DNA of 64,000 nucleotides, taken from the IMG/VR virus record IMGVR_UViG_3300037400_001617. One strand, 5' to 3'. Shown one piece after another: positions 18,893 through 28,900 of the stretch. The DNA is from a virus (taxonomy: Duplodnaviria; Caudoviricetes). The stretch's first letter is position 1. Every line of letters starts with the position of its first letter. The position numbers and the translations under genes were made by a program. Under the pieces are notes generated by a model. That model saw only the letters and a program-made list of their open reading frames with translations. It was not told the origin of the DNA and searched no databases.

Positions 18893-19693
18893 ATGACTAC
18901 TACAACACCAAATGAAATTGCTAATGAAGCAACTTCGGCAGAGTCTGTCGAAAAGTATGCTGAGTTGATAAATAAATACGGTGCGTTGGTTGTTATAGCT
19001 GCAGTGTTCTTGGTTATAGTTCTTGCGGTTATGGTAATCATGCTAAAGTCTTATTTAAAAACTCAGAGTCTAATTCAATCTCAGAACCAAACAATGTTTG
19101 AGGCAATTCTTGACAACATAGCAAGCTCCAAAGAAGAGAAAACCAAAGATAAGGAAGAGCATAAAGAGCTCGTAGATACATTCATACGAATGTCTGTCCC
19201 TATCAGATCTACATTGGAAATTCTAGCAGACCGATTGAATGCAGACAGGACGTCAGTGTACGTATTCCATAATGGTACAAACACTACTCACGGTCTTCCA
19301 TTCATAAAGATATCATGTCTGACAGAAGTCATGAAACGGGGAACATTAGTCGCAAGAAAAGTCGTACACCATCAAGGACTGCCTTTAGCATCATTTGACA
19401 AGAGCATAAGCTATCTCGTATCCAATCAGGTTGGATATATTCTTGACAATGACGCGGATGATAGATTCCCAGACATCAAGAATATACTCAACACGGCTGG
19501 AGTGATGGCTGCAGGATTTCTTGCTTTGTATGACGACGATAATAATATGCTCGGAATCATTGTATCAGAATTTGCGGATAGGAAAACAGAAGAGGAGATG
19601 GAAACTGCAATCGATATGATGAAAGAAGAGTCACTCAAGATCATACCCGTACTTGATTATGCAGACTATCAGTTAAAGAAGGAAGAGGAATAA
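18893..19693 (+). CDS. putative holin (single TM plus GAF-like domain, T4 T-like)
   Basis: Hydrophobic helix ALVVIAAVFLVIVLAVMVIML; LNADRTSVYVFHNG...LGIIVSEF GAF-like pattern; late motif at 18853-18864. Start could be 18869. Confidence 0.6.
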   Translation: MTTTTPNEIANEATSAESVEKYAELINKYGALVVIAAVFLVIVLAVMVIMLKSYLKTQSLIQSQNQTMFEAILDNIASSKEEKTKDKEEHKELVDTFIRMSVPIRSTLEILADRLNADRTSVYVFHNGTNTTHGLPFIKISCLTEVMKRGTLVARKVVHHQGLPLASFDKSISYLVSNQVGYILDNDADDRFPDIKNILNTAGVMAAGFLALYDDDNNMLGIIVSEFADRKTEEEMETAIDMMKEESLKIIPVLDYADYQLKKEEE

Positions 19694-19755
19694 CTTCAGA
19701 GGTCCCCTACCGTGATGGTAGGGGACTTTCTACGTCCAAATCTTACCAATAACTA

Positions 19756-19763
19756 TATATTAT
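19756..19763 (+). promoter_or_regulatory. early promoter motif TATATTAT
   Basis: Upstream of the SLT gene. Confidence 0.6.
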
Positions 19764-19813
19764 TGTCATGTATCCTTGAGAACCACAACCACTTTGAAAG
19801 GAGAATGATAATA

Positions 19814-20515
19814 ATGGGTACAAGAAATAACGGAAGGATAGTAGCAGCATTCTTTATGGCAGTCTGCATGACTGTAATATCTCTGCTGATCATCTTTGGT
19901 AGAGAAGAAAAGACTGTGCCGATGAGCAATAACGTTACTACAACTTCCACAACAGAGTGTAGAACATCGACGACAACAACCACAACAATGAAGAAGAGTA
20001 CTACTAGTAAATCTACTTCAACCACAACGACAACCACAAAGACCACAACTACGGAATCTACAACTGAACCTGTAGAGACAGAGCCTCAGAATGATCAAAT
20101 CATCGGAGGCGATGGAACCGTTACCGTTAACGGATGGATTTTCAATAGTCCTATCGATGCACAGTATCTCTATGATCGCTGTGCTGATTATGGAATCGAT
20201 CCTGCTGTCATGTATGGAGTAATGATGGCAGAGTCAACAATGGGTACCGCATGCACTAACTTATGTGGTATCACAGATGTAGCTGCTCAAAGCTACAATG
20301 AAGCTACTGGTAATGGATACTGGAACTGGGAGTCCGATCCTTATCAGAACTTAGAGATCAGTTTATATTGTCTGAATGGAGCCTATGGATACTATGGTAA
20401 TGGCTCTACTTACGATGCACTGGCAGGATATAACACAGGATACTGGGGTCACATTGCAGGTACATACAGCCCGTATGCTGAAACTGTAATGGGTTATGCC
20501 AACTCAGTGTATTAA
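19814..20515 (+). CDS. membrane-anchored lytic transglycosylase (SLT/GH23-like)
   Basis: N-terminal TM helix, Thr-rich linker, and YGIDPAVMYGVMMAES, DPYQN and ALAGYNTG motifs. Confidence 0.82.
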   Translation: MGTRNNGRIVAAFFMAVCMTVISLLIIFGREEKTVPMSNNVTTTSTTECRTSTTTTTTMKKSTTSKSTSTTTTTTKTTTTESTTEPVETEPQNDQIIGGDGTVTVNGWIFNSPIDAQYLYDRCADYGIDPAVMYGVMMAESTMGTACTNLCGITDVAAQSYNEATGNGYWNWESDPYQNLEISLYCLNGAYGYYGNGSTYDALAGYNTGYWGHIAGTYSPYAETVMGYANSVY

Positions 20516-20568
20516 ATAGAGAAACCACAAGCCACAAACCTAGGTTCTCAGAATACAAGCAACATGAC

Positions 20569-20607
20569 AAGTCCGAGGAGAGTGGTTCTCTCCTCGGATT
20601 CTTTTTT
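20569..20607 (+). terminator. intrinsic terminator
   Basis: GTCCGAGGAGAG-TGGTT-CTCTCCTCGGAT then T-tract. Confidence 0.8.
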
Positions 20608-20664
20608 GTCAGTAGAAACCCCCAGAGCAATTCTGCTCTGGGGATCTGAGTGCTGTGTATGCGA

Positions 20665-20883
20665 TTACGGATTATCAGGATCAACGTTAGAACCGTTACC
20701 GTCGTTGCCGTCCTTAGGAACATAGGCAAGAATCACTGTATCACTCCAGAGAGCTTCTACAACGACATTTGAACCCTGCTCCTTCTCGATCTCAACGATT
20801 GCATCGTTGATGTTCTCGGTAGCTACTTCAGGCTTGTCTGCAATTCTGACAACCTTAACAGCCTTATTCTTAGGAGTTGCCAT
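20665..20883 (-). CDS. small late protein (possible abundant virion component)
   Basis: 72 aa, late motif at 20971-20982, multi-hairpin leader, own terminator at 20620-20643. Confidence 0.75.
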   Translation of the reverse strand: MATPKNKAVKVVRIADKPEVATENINDAIVEIEKEQGSNVVVEALWSDTVILAYVPKDGNDGNGSNVDPDNP

Positions 20884-20985
20884 AGTCGATTACCTCGCTT
20901 TCTTGATAGATTAGAGCATATATTTATACTCATCAAAAGGAGAATTTTGATAATAGCACCGCTGCTATTTTACTCATATGTTAAC

Positions 20986-21017
20986 AAAAAAGAAGGGATG
21001 AGACGCTCATCCCTTCT
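20986..21017 (-). terminator. intrinsic terminator
   Basis: AGAAGGGATGAG-ACG-CTCATCCCTTCT with a T-tract on the minus strand. Confidence 0.8.
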
Positions 21018-21029
21018 AATGATAGTGTA

Positions 21030-22583
21030 TTACGCAACCTTTGGCTCAAGATCAAGACAAGACTGAATGTCGTCAAGATCCTCTTCTGTATATGAATCCA
21101 TAGAAAGGTTAACGAAGCTGTTGAGACAGATGAGATTGTTGGTCTGAAGAGATACATTAGTCTCAAACAGACCAGTGTTTCTGGAGATCTGACCAACGTA
21201 ACGTGGATTGAATACTTCCATACAAGCCTTGAGGAACTCCTGATTGATGATGTACATGCAGTTCAGAGTATCACCATCAAAGTCTGCATTAAGACCAGAG
21301 AGAATCTCAAGTGGCAGTGACATTGCATAAGAGTCAAAGTGAATACCAACAACCTGCATCTGAAGAACTGACAGAGACCAGATAGATGGATTACGATTGA
21401 TAAGTACACCGACATACTCGGAGTTGACTATATTCATCATAATGTCATAGATCTCTTTAGACGGATTGATAGTTGCCATGAACCACTTCTGATATGCAAT
21501 GTGACGAGGCATTGTCTTTGAGAGAATATTGACTATTCTGAACTCAAGAAGCTCTACCATAGATGCATATGGGAGTATTACCTGATCTATCTCAAGATCA
21601 CTGTTCGGCACGATTACTGATCTCGCACAGAAGTTATATCTGCCTCCTATAGTAGAACGTACCAGTCCCTTCTTATGAGAAAGCTGCTTCTCAAGGTCTG
21701 TATAGATATCCATCCACTTAGACTGCATTCTATACAGAATCTGTTTAGCAGGTTTACCAGTACGTCTAGAGACAAGCTGGTTACGATTGACTCTTGTAGC
21801 CTGAGCCGCAAGAATATTATACAGTGAGTTATTACCATCAAAGTTGAACTGACTGTCGTCAAGGTTGAATGGTCTTAACTGTGTAGTATAGACTGGAATG
21901 GAGTGGGTGAACACGATGTTCTTATACTCCATGATGTGGTCATAGTAATCCATCTTCTCTGGCTTCTTGGCATGCTTGTTCTTATAGAACTCCATGATCT
22001 CGTCAAAACGATCACGGAATGCAAGTATACCAATTCCAACGAATGGACTACTCTTACTAGGTTTCACCTCGATAGGTTTACCGTCTACATCTATCTTATC
22101 ATCATTATCGATGATTGCATCGAACTCTTTGGCTCCGATAAATGCAGAGATAGACTTGAACAGGTTGGGATGAATCAGACAATACTTTTCGTCTATACAT
22201 ATCCATCCAAACTTCTCAAAGTCATCACCCATGTAGTCTACTGGAGTATGACAATACTCACAGATCTGTCCATAGTGTAATCTACCATTAAGATGATTGC
22301 ACTTACATCTGTAGCGATTAGAGTATGCATCCTGATCATTCAGAGTGGGACCGAAGAATGTCGAGAAGATACTTTTGTCGCTCTTAAGGTCTTTCTTGAT
22401 GTCCTGACGCTTCTCGATGATCATACCCTTACCTCTCATAAGGTCAGCTTCTCTTTCCTTATCGAGGTCTATGATTTCGAGAGACGTCTCATATACGTAT
22501 TGCTGTTGTGTTTTGGGGTCTGATGATACGGGTGTTATTGAAAGGGTTGTTCTCCTTTCACGTCTGTCGTAGTCGCTTAACAT
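21030..22583 (-). CDS. multisubunit RNA polymerase beta-prime subunit, N-terminal half (probably non-virion RNAP)
   Basis: Zn ribbon CKC...CEYC, GGRYNFCARSVIVP, LINRNPS and catalytic NADFDGD motifs. Confidence 0.92.
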   Translation of the reverse strand: MLSDYDRRERRTTLSITPVSSDPKTQQQYVYETSLEIIDLDKEREADLMRGKGMIIEKRQDIKKDLKSDKSIFSTFFGPTLNDQDAYSNRYRCKCNHLNGRLHYGQICEYCHTPVDYMGDDFEKFGWICIDEKYCLIHPNLFKSISAFIGAKEFDAIIDNDDKIDVDGKPIEVKPSKSSPFVGIGILAFRDRFDEIMEFYKNKHAKKPEKMDYYDHIMEYKNIVFTHSIPVYTTQLRPFNLDDSQFNFDGNNSLYNILAAQATRVNRNQLVSRRTGKPAKQILYRMQSKWMDIYTDLEKQLSHKKGLVRSTIGGRYNFCARSVIVPNSDLEIDQVILPYASMVELLEFRIVNILSKTMPRHIAYQKWFMATINPSKEIYDIMMNIVNSEYVGVLINRNPSIWSLSVLQMQVVGIHFDSYAMSLPLEILSGLNADFDGDTLNCMYIINQEFLKACMEVFNPRYVGQISRNTGLFETNVSLQTNNLICLNSFVNLSMDSYTEEDLDDIQSCLDLEPKVA

Positions 22584-22637
22584 GGCTAGATTCCTCCTTG
22601 TGTTATATTATAGAATCGTTACAGGTCCTATAACTTT

Positions 22638-23156
22638 CTACTCGAAGATCTCGCTAACGGTCTGAATACCATCATTGAACTCTTCGAAGAATCTGTATTG
22701 CTTCTTTACTGAGATTTCATATGAGTTCACTACGATCTCTGGGTCGGGAACGAAGTACTCTCCATACTTCTCAAGTATTCCGCATCTGCGAACGATTGTG
22801 TTTAATTTCTTCAGCGTCATATTCTCATCGAATTCGATATCCTCGTTCGCTGTGATATCGATACCTTCTATTGAGGAGCCGTCTGATAGTTTACCGAACT
22901 CTGTTTTGATTTCGAATGTAAACTTACCTTCGCTGTCTTGTTCGGCAATAACTTTGATACTGTTGATAACAATCACCTTAGACTTTACTATCTCTGGTGG
23001 TTTGTCTTCTTCTTTGTTAGTGATAGGTGGTTTATAGTTAGAGAGAATCCTATCTCTCGTAGCCTGGTCTACCGAACTTAGAAGAACATATCCCTGCTGT
23101 TTCTGTTTAGGAATGTTCTCTTCATCGTTATCTGTTATCAGTTCGACTTTCGCCAT
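22638..23156 (-). CDS. hypothetical protein
   Basis: 172 aa, SD AAGGAGGT, early-like CATACTAT at 23179-23186. Confidence 0.8.
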   Translation of the reverse strand: MAKVELITDNDEENIPKQKQQGYVLLSSVDQATRDRILSNYKPPITNKEEDKPPEIVKSKVIVINSIKVIAEQDSEGKFTFEIKTEFGKLSDGSSIEGIDITANEDIEFDENMTLKKLNTIVRRCGILEKYGEYFVPDPEIVVNSYEISVKKQYRFFEEFNDGIQTVSEIFE

Positions 23157-23250
23157 AATTGTACCTCCTTACGGTTCTATAGTATGTAAGTCTAACCATT
23201 ATTGACTGGTTGAACAATTAAGTAATGAATTCAATGCAAGGAGGTCTATT

Positions 23251-24465
23251 ATGGCTACTAAACGTGTTGCTAAAGAGATCACTAACAAAGAAGATCTCGA
23301 CGAGATACTGAATCTGAGTGATCATGACTGTCTGAAGTTATCTGTAGCGATGGAGTACTTCGGAGAGTTCAATGGTAAAGTAAGATTCCACCCGTATGAT
23401 TGGTTCAAAGTTCCGAAGGGAACTTTCCATAATAACAAGAACGTGTTTACTACTACTCTTGGTGCTTGGCTCTTCAATAAGGGCTGTCTCTCATGGAGCG
23501 GAGTGTTCGAAGAAACTGGATATATCAATGTACCAGTTACCAAGAAGGTTGTCAAGGGTATTCTCACAAAGCTCTCTTATGCTATACTGGAGGAGAGACT
23601 TACTGTTCCTCAGTATAAGAGAATGATCGATGCTATGCAGAAGATGATGCCATACAGCACTGTCATCTGTCCTACTACATCAGAGGCTATGCTTACTATC
23701 GGTAAAACTATAGAACCCAAGAAGAAAGAGCTCTTCAAGAAGTACGAGAAAGAACTCGCTGCTGGAGATGCTCTTACTATGAACAAGATCGAGAAGGAAC
23801 TTCTCGACTACTGTAAAGAGAAGCTTGATGGAGATCCTTGTATGGATGGTATCAACTCTGGTGCTGGAGCAGACTGGGGAAACAACTTCAAGAACATGTA
23901 TGTCATCAAGGGAGCTCAGAAAGATCCAGATCCTACAAAGGGATACAATCTTATCACTTCTAACTACATGGAAGGTGTAAGTAAAGAAGACTACTCTGCT
24001 ATGGCTAACTCTCTTGCTGCAGGTCCTTATGCCCGTGCAAAGAATACTGCTTCTGGAGGCTACTCTGAGAAGCTCTTCTTGGGTGCAACCCAGCACGTCG
24101 TACTTGACGAGAAGGGCTCAGATTGCGGAACCACGAGGACTATTCAGATAACCCTCGATAATACGCGTATGAGAATGATGATGTACTCATACATCGTAGA
24201 GGGGAGCAAACTGGTTCGACTCGATAGTACAAACATGGAGAAGTATAGAGGTAAGACTGTAAAGATGAGATTCGCTTCTATGTGTAAGGGTAAGAAGATC
24301 TGTAACAAGTGTGCTGGAGATCTCTTCTACTTACTGGGAGTAAAGAATGTCGGTACAGCATCACCTCAGCTTGCATCATGCGTAAAGCTGATATCAATGA
24401 AGGCTTTCCATGACTCTACAGATAAATACATCAAGATGGACCCAGGTGAAGCATTCGGAACATAA
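23251..24465 (+). CDS. RNA polymerase beta-prime subunit, middle/C-terminal half (probably virion RNAP)
   Basis: NTASGGY bridge-helix region, DCGT, RFASMC...ICNKCAG and MKAFH trigger-loop motif; late motif at 23213-23224. Confidence 0.9.
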   Translation: MATKRVAKEITNKEDLDEILNLSDHDCLKLSVAMEYFGEFNGKVRFHPYDWFKVPKGTFHNNKNVFTTTLGAWLFNKGCLSWSGVFEETGYINVPVTKKVVKGILTKLSYAILEERLTVPQYKRMIDAMQKMMPYSTVICPTTSEAMLTIGKTIEPKKKELFKKYEKELAAGDALTMNKIEKELLDYCKEKLDGDPCMDGINSGAGADWGNNFKNMYVIKGAQKDPDPTKGYNLITSNYMEGVSKEDYSAMANSLAAGPYARAKNTASGGYSEKLFLGATQHVVLDEKGSDCGTTRTIQITLDNTRMRMMMYSYIVEGSKLVRLDSTNMEKYRGKTVKMRFASMCKGKKICNKCAGDLFYLLGVKNVGTASPQLASCVKLISMKAFHDSTDKYIKMDPGEAFGT

Positions 24466-24471
24466 GATAAT

Positions 24472-24495
24472 GTCGGTGGGAGCAATCCCACCGAC
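24472..24495 (+). terminator. GGAGCAATCC hairpin
   Basis: GTCGGTGGGA-GCAA-TCCCACCGAC. Confidence 0.6.
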
Positions 24496-24563
24496 TGTTA
24501 TATATTATTAAGATGTGGAACACCAACCACATCTATATTTTATATCCGAAAGGGAACGATATC

Positions 24564-24839
24564 ATGATGACTATTGAAGATTTTAGAGAACAGAATCCAA
24601 ACAGCTGCGGAAACTTATGTTGGAATTGCAGATATAACTGCGATCACTGGGATAGAAGACATAATGGTGCACGTTGCCTCTCTTTTGAGAGAAGTCCTAA
24701 TCTATCTACAAGTGAACAAAGAGCTTATTTGATGAAGGCACTTAGAGAAGAATATGAAGCTAGCAAGAATAATGCAACTAACTACTTCTACAAGGCCTAT
24801 AGAAGTCTTTACTTCAATGAAGAGGAGACTCTCGTATGA
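24564..24839 (+). CDS. small Cys-rich early protein
   Basis: CGNLCWNCRYNC...C; early motif at 24501-24508. Confidence 0.7.
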   Translation: MMTIEDFREQNPNSCGNLCWNCRYNCDHWDRRHNGARCLSFERSPNLSTSEQRAYLMKALREEYEASKNNATNYFYKAYRSLYFNEEETLV

Positions 24840-24881
24840 GAGTCCCCTGTTTCTCTCTTCCACCACATCTTTATTTCTTTT

Positions 24882-25928
24882 TTAGAAGTACAGGTAGTAG
24901 GAGATTTCAATTCCCTTAGAAGTATCAGAGAGGGATTCGTTAGGGAAGTTGAACTTAGTGAATGGTCTGATGTCCTGATAGAACTTCTTGTAGTCTGCGT
25001 CTCCTGCAGAGTCCTTACCGAGGTATGGTACTGCTGTACAGAGTGAGATAGTGTTAATTCTTGCAGAGCTCATAGCATCAAGGTTCTTGAAGTATTCTCT
25101 ACAGTCTGATGCAGAGATAGTCATATGAAGCTCTACTACTACATCAGCATCAGAGATCTTATCGCTTCTGAAGATATCTGTAGCAGAATCAATGATACCA
25201 GAACCGTCTGCCCATCTATAATGGATGATAGGATTGGTATCGAATGTCTTGAAGAAGTATGATATCATCTGGTTAGGTGCTGTACCAGTCGTACAACGAC
25301 CAAAGTAGATTCCTCTATCTGTAACACCAAGGTCACTGTTAGCAGCCTTAACCTTAAATGGTACAAGACAGTTATTTACAGCCTCATCATTGATCATACC
25401 AGGATCATCAATGATAGAGAAGTTTGTGTATCCATATGGAGCGATCCACTTAGTGTTAGACACTCTGAATACTCTGGAGTTGTCTATACCACATCCGTCG
25501 AAGCCGACAGCAAAGAGACAGATTCTCTTGGTAAAGTATTCGTACACTGTCTTAAGTGCAGCCGATGCAGTACTATATGCTGTACCAGAATCACTATTAC
25601 CGAATACATTAAGAGGGTTAGTATTGTCTGACGAACCCATAAGTCTCTTATCGTTAGGCTGATCGAACTGAGTATGATAAGTACTGAAAGCTTCATCATA
25701 GCTCTTTATACCAGCAAACTGTTCATCATATGATGTAGCATCGAATGTAGGATCGAAGAGTATAGCTTTCTTAGCGTTAATCTCTGATCCTGAGATGAGT
25801 ACTTTGTTTGATCCTCTGAAAAGGACCTTACCAGTACCAGTCTCTTTAAGTACGATATCTGTACCTTTGATTGTAGCAGCATCTGATGCTCTGTGTTCAG
25901 AGTCAAATGCGTGTATCTGTTTGTTCAT
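24882..25928 (-). CDS. putative baseplate/tail structural protein
   Basis: NKVLISG, FAVGFDG and RINTISLC...KFNFPNE...ISYYLYF resemble jumbo-phage tail/baseplate proteins; lies in a late operon. Confidence 0.6.
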   Translation of the reverse strand: MNKQIHAFDSEHRASDAATIKGTDIVLKETGTGKVLFRGSNKVLISGSEINAKKAILFDPTFDATSYDEQFAGIKSYDEAFSTYHTQFDQPNDKRLMGSSDNTNPLNVFGNSDSGTAYSTASAALKTVYEYFTKRICLFAVGFDGCGIDNSRVFRVSNTKWIAPYGYTNFSIIDDPGMINDEAVNNCLVPFKVKAANSDLGVTDRGIYFGRCTTGTAPNQMISYFFKTFDTNPIIHYRWADGSGIIDSATDIFRSDKISDADVVVELHMTISASDCREYFKNLDAMSSARINTISLCTAVPYLGKDSAGDADYKKFYQDIRPFTKFNFPNESLSDTSKGIEISYYLYF

Positions 25929-25940
25929 TAATATACCTCC

Positions 25941-28900
25941 TTATACGATTGTACGATAGCAGTCTGGAATTTCACACTCTACAACTACATCTTCCATGAA
26001 GCATGTAGCATCTATCATTGTACACGGGAATCCCTGAATCTCTTCAGGAAGTCTGATCTTGTTATACTTAGAAATATAACGGATAAGTCGAACTTCTCCA
26101 TCTTCGATCGAGTAGATAAAGTCGAGTTCTGTTGTCTGATAGTATGAGAAGCTACGAGAGAACTTAACTCTTTCAGAAGAAAGACCTACTTTATCACTGA
26201 ACCCAAAAGTGGATTTCAATACAGGTGTATCGTACACTGTACTCTTCTCAAAGAAGAAGTGAGCTCCGTTCTTATTAAGGTTATCGAGTATATGCACTCT
26301 GTTACCTGTAGTGTCTGAATCATCATCTATAGAGAATACAGATGATGTATCGATGAGTTGTGTCTTCCAAGATTTGAAGAAGTTGATTATCTTAACGATC
26401 CAGTCTCTTACATACTCTTGGTTGTGAGACGGAATAAGATTGTAGAGATATACCCATTCGCCAGAGTCAAAGTATGCCTCAAGTGCATAGACTACATACT
26501 CACATACCTGGTTGATATATGTACGCCTATCATCTATAGAGCTATAGTTACGAGCAGTATTGAGTATATCTGCAAGATGCTCATCACGATCACTGAGGAA
26601 CTCATAGTAAGTCTCAGCTACATGAGGAGTACCCTCTTCATCCACAGTAAAGAAAGTGAAGTCATTCTGGGTTTCCATGAACGACTCATAGAGTATCTTA
26701 TAGACATCGTATTCTTTTTTGGATTCAGCATGCTTCATCATATACACGAGATGCTCACGAAGCTTTACGTTTGTATAGTAAATCTCCTTAAGCTTTTCGA
26801 ATGTCTGTATAGTCTGAATAGCTGTGGGGTCTTCTTCATCTGTATGGTAAGCATTCATGAAATCAGCTTCAGTGTTTCTTACAAACTCATATGGATAATA
26901 AGAGATATCGACGATATGACCGAATCTTCTGGTATCTTCTATAGGGAAGATATCCTCTGGATCGTACTTACCAGCCACTACAGCATTGTGTACACTAGTA
27001 GGATGAGCTTTGTCGCGAATGCTTGCTACATTGTCTTCATTTATCTTGAAGTAAGCTTTCTTCTTAATGACATCTCCATCAAGATATGATATCTCATAGA
27101 AACCTTCGAAGAAATCATCTATCTTGTGGTTCTTAAGGTCTTGGAAGATCTTACTACCAGGGTCTGTAGCAGTAGGTTCATATCTACCACAAAGGAATGC
27201 ATTCTCTCTAAGCTTTACTCCTTCTTCTATATACTCAAAGAACTGTTCAGGATTCTCAAGTACATCATCGAGATATATCTTCTTTCCAGTTCCAGGCTGT
27301 ACATAGTTTGCATAGGTATCGAAGAGAGTGATGATTCTGTCATAGACTTGACTCCAGTCTTGAGAGAAGTCAAAGCCATTGATAGTCATATTAGCTTCCA
27401 TAGAGCTAGCTACGTTATCTGCTTCTACTCCATTATATAAGTAACTTAAGGCTATCATCATCGCCAAAAGGTCATTCAATCTCACTTGGTTGGGTGAGAT
27501 GAATGAGTCTATGTTTACCATAAGAGCATCTGTAGCCCTAAGGATCTCGCCACTATTTCTCATGGCGTCGAAGATCATATTCATGAAGTACATAGTCTGA
27601 TAAAGATACTTAGTACTATCTATAGCAGAGTCTACACAGATATATTTAGTTCTCTCACATGAGAAGTCTTGGTTAAGAATCTCATTAGTCTTACGCTGAT
27701 GGTAATTGTCCCTTTCAGTCTCAGACATGATTTCATCTCTAGACAGACCATCCCAGAATGGATCCTCTCTAGTGATAGTATCATATGATCTACGAAGAGA
27801 ATCGTTCTCTATATACTTATCAGCATTCTGATCTTCTATAGGAACTCTTAAGAATGCTAAGTCGTAGTTTTCATAATACTTCTCGAAACCAACCATATCC
27901 TCAGTTACGAGATGTGAACTTCCAGGATATATGAATGACTTACCTACATCATCTTCAGTATAGTACTTGAAGTTGGCTCTGTCCTTTTTCTTGGTCTTGA
28001 TAAGCCAGTATGTGAAGATCTCTATATCATCTCTACCAAAGAGGTTCTTGATATCCATGATGTTTCTATTGGTACTCTTGTACTTCAGAATCTCATTGAT
28101 ATTCTTGATGAGCTTGATCTGGTAGTTCATAGGGATCTCTTTATAGTATTCAATACCATAAGACTCAAAGAGATAACGAATGGTACGTGAGTCAAAGATA
28201 TCCTTATTGATGATATACTCTTGCACTTCAGAAATGAGATCTATCATAGTCTGTATGAGAAGAAAGATGATAAGAACGTCTTCATAGTGCTCACTACCGA
28301 TAGCATAAGCATCGCTGTACATGGTAGTGATTGTGTATTCTCTGTTACGATCAAAATAACGGAGAAACTTGTAGTATATAGGGAACTCTGTATTGGTAGC
28401 TCCAAACTTAAGTGTAGGTTTAGGACAATACAGAAGTGAGAAATCTGGAGCCATACGAGCTGTGTATGGATCAATAGCCTTCTCTCTTAAGTGATAGAGG
28501 TATTTAAAGTCAGGACCAGTATAGTCCTGCTTCATAATGTCGAGTATGTTTATATTACGTCTAGAACTTTCACCAATCTCTGAGACATCTCTATAGATCT
28601 CCCAGGCTTGATTGTCTGCAGGGTCCAGATCAGGGTCTAACCAGTCAAGAATCTTTCTGGCTAACTCGCCATCAGGTCCTTCAGCATTGTAATCCCTCTG
28701 GATCTCATGTATGTACTGATACTTGTTTACGGCATCAGCATCATATTCCTCAGTATCAGGGTTATAGTAACCAATACCTACATTGTTAAAGACAGTAAGG
28801 TTCGCTTCCACGGTTATGTAACCTTCATCCTTATATCTTTGGAGAGGTACATACTTGGTAGCATTCAGTTCTTCCATAAGAGCATCATATTCGTCTGCAG

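Noticed and set aside
19930-20070. ACA/ACC-rich tandem-like repeat
   Set aside because: It simply encodes the Thr-rich linker of the transglycosylase.
26358-27089. Long antisense ORFs (this 243-aa one and many of 60-160 aa)
   Set aside because: Shadow frames caused by codon bias of the real opposite-strand genes; no SD or promoter and no recognisable motifs.
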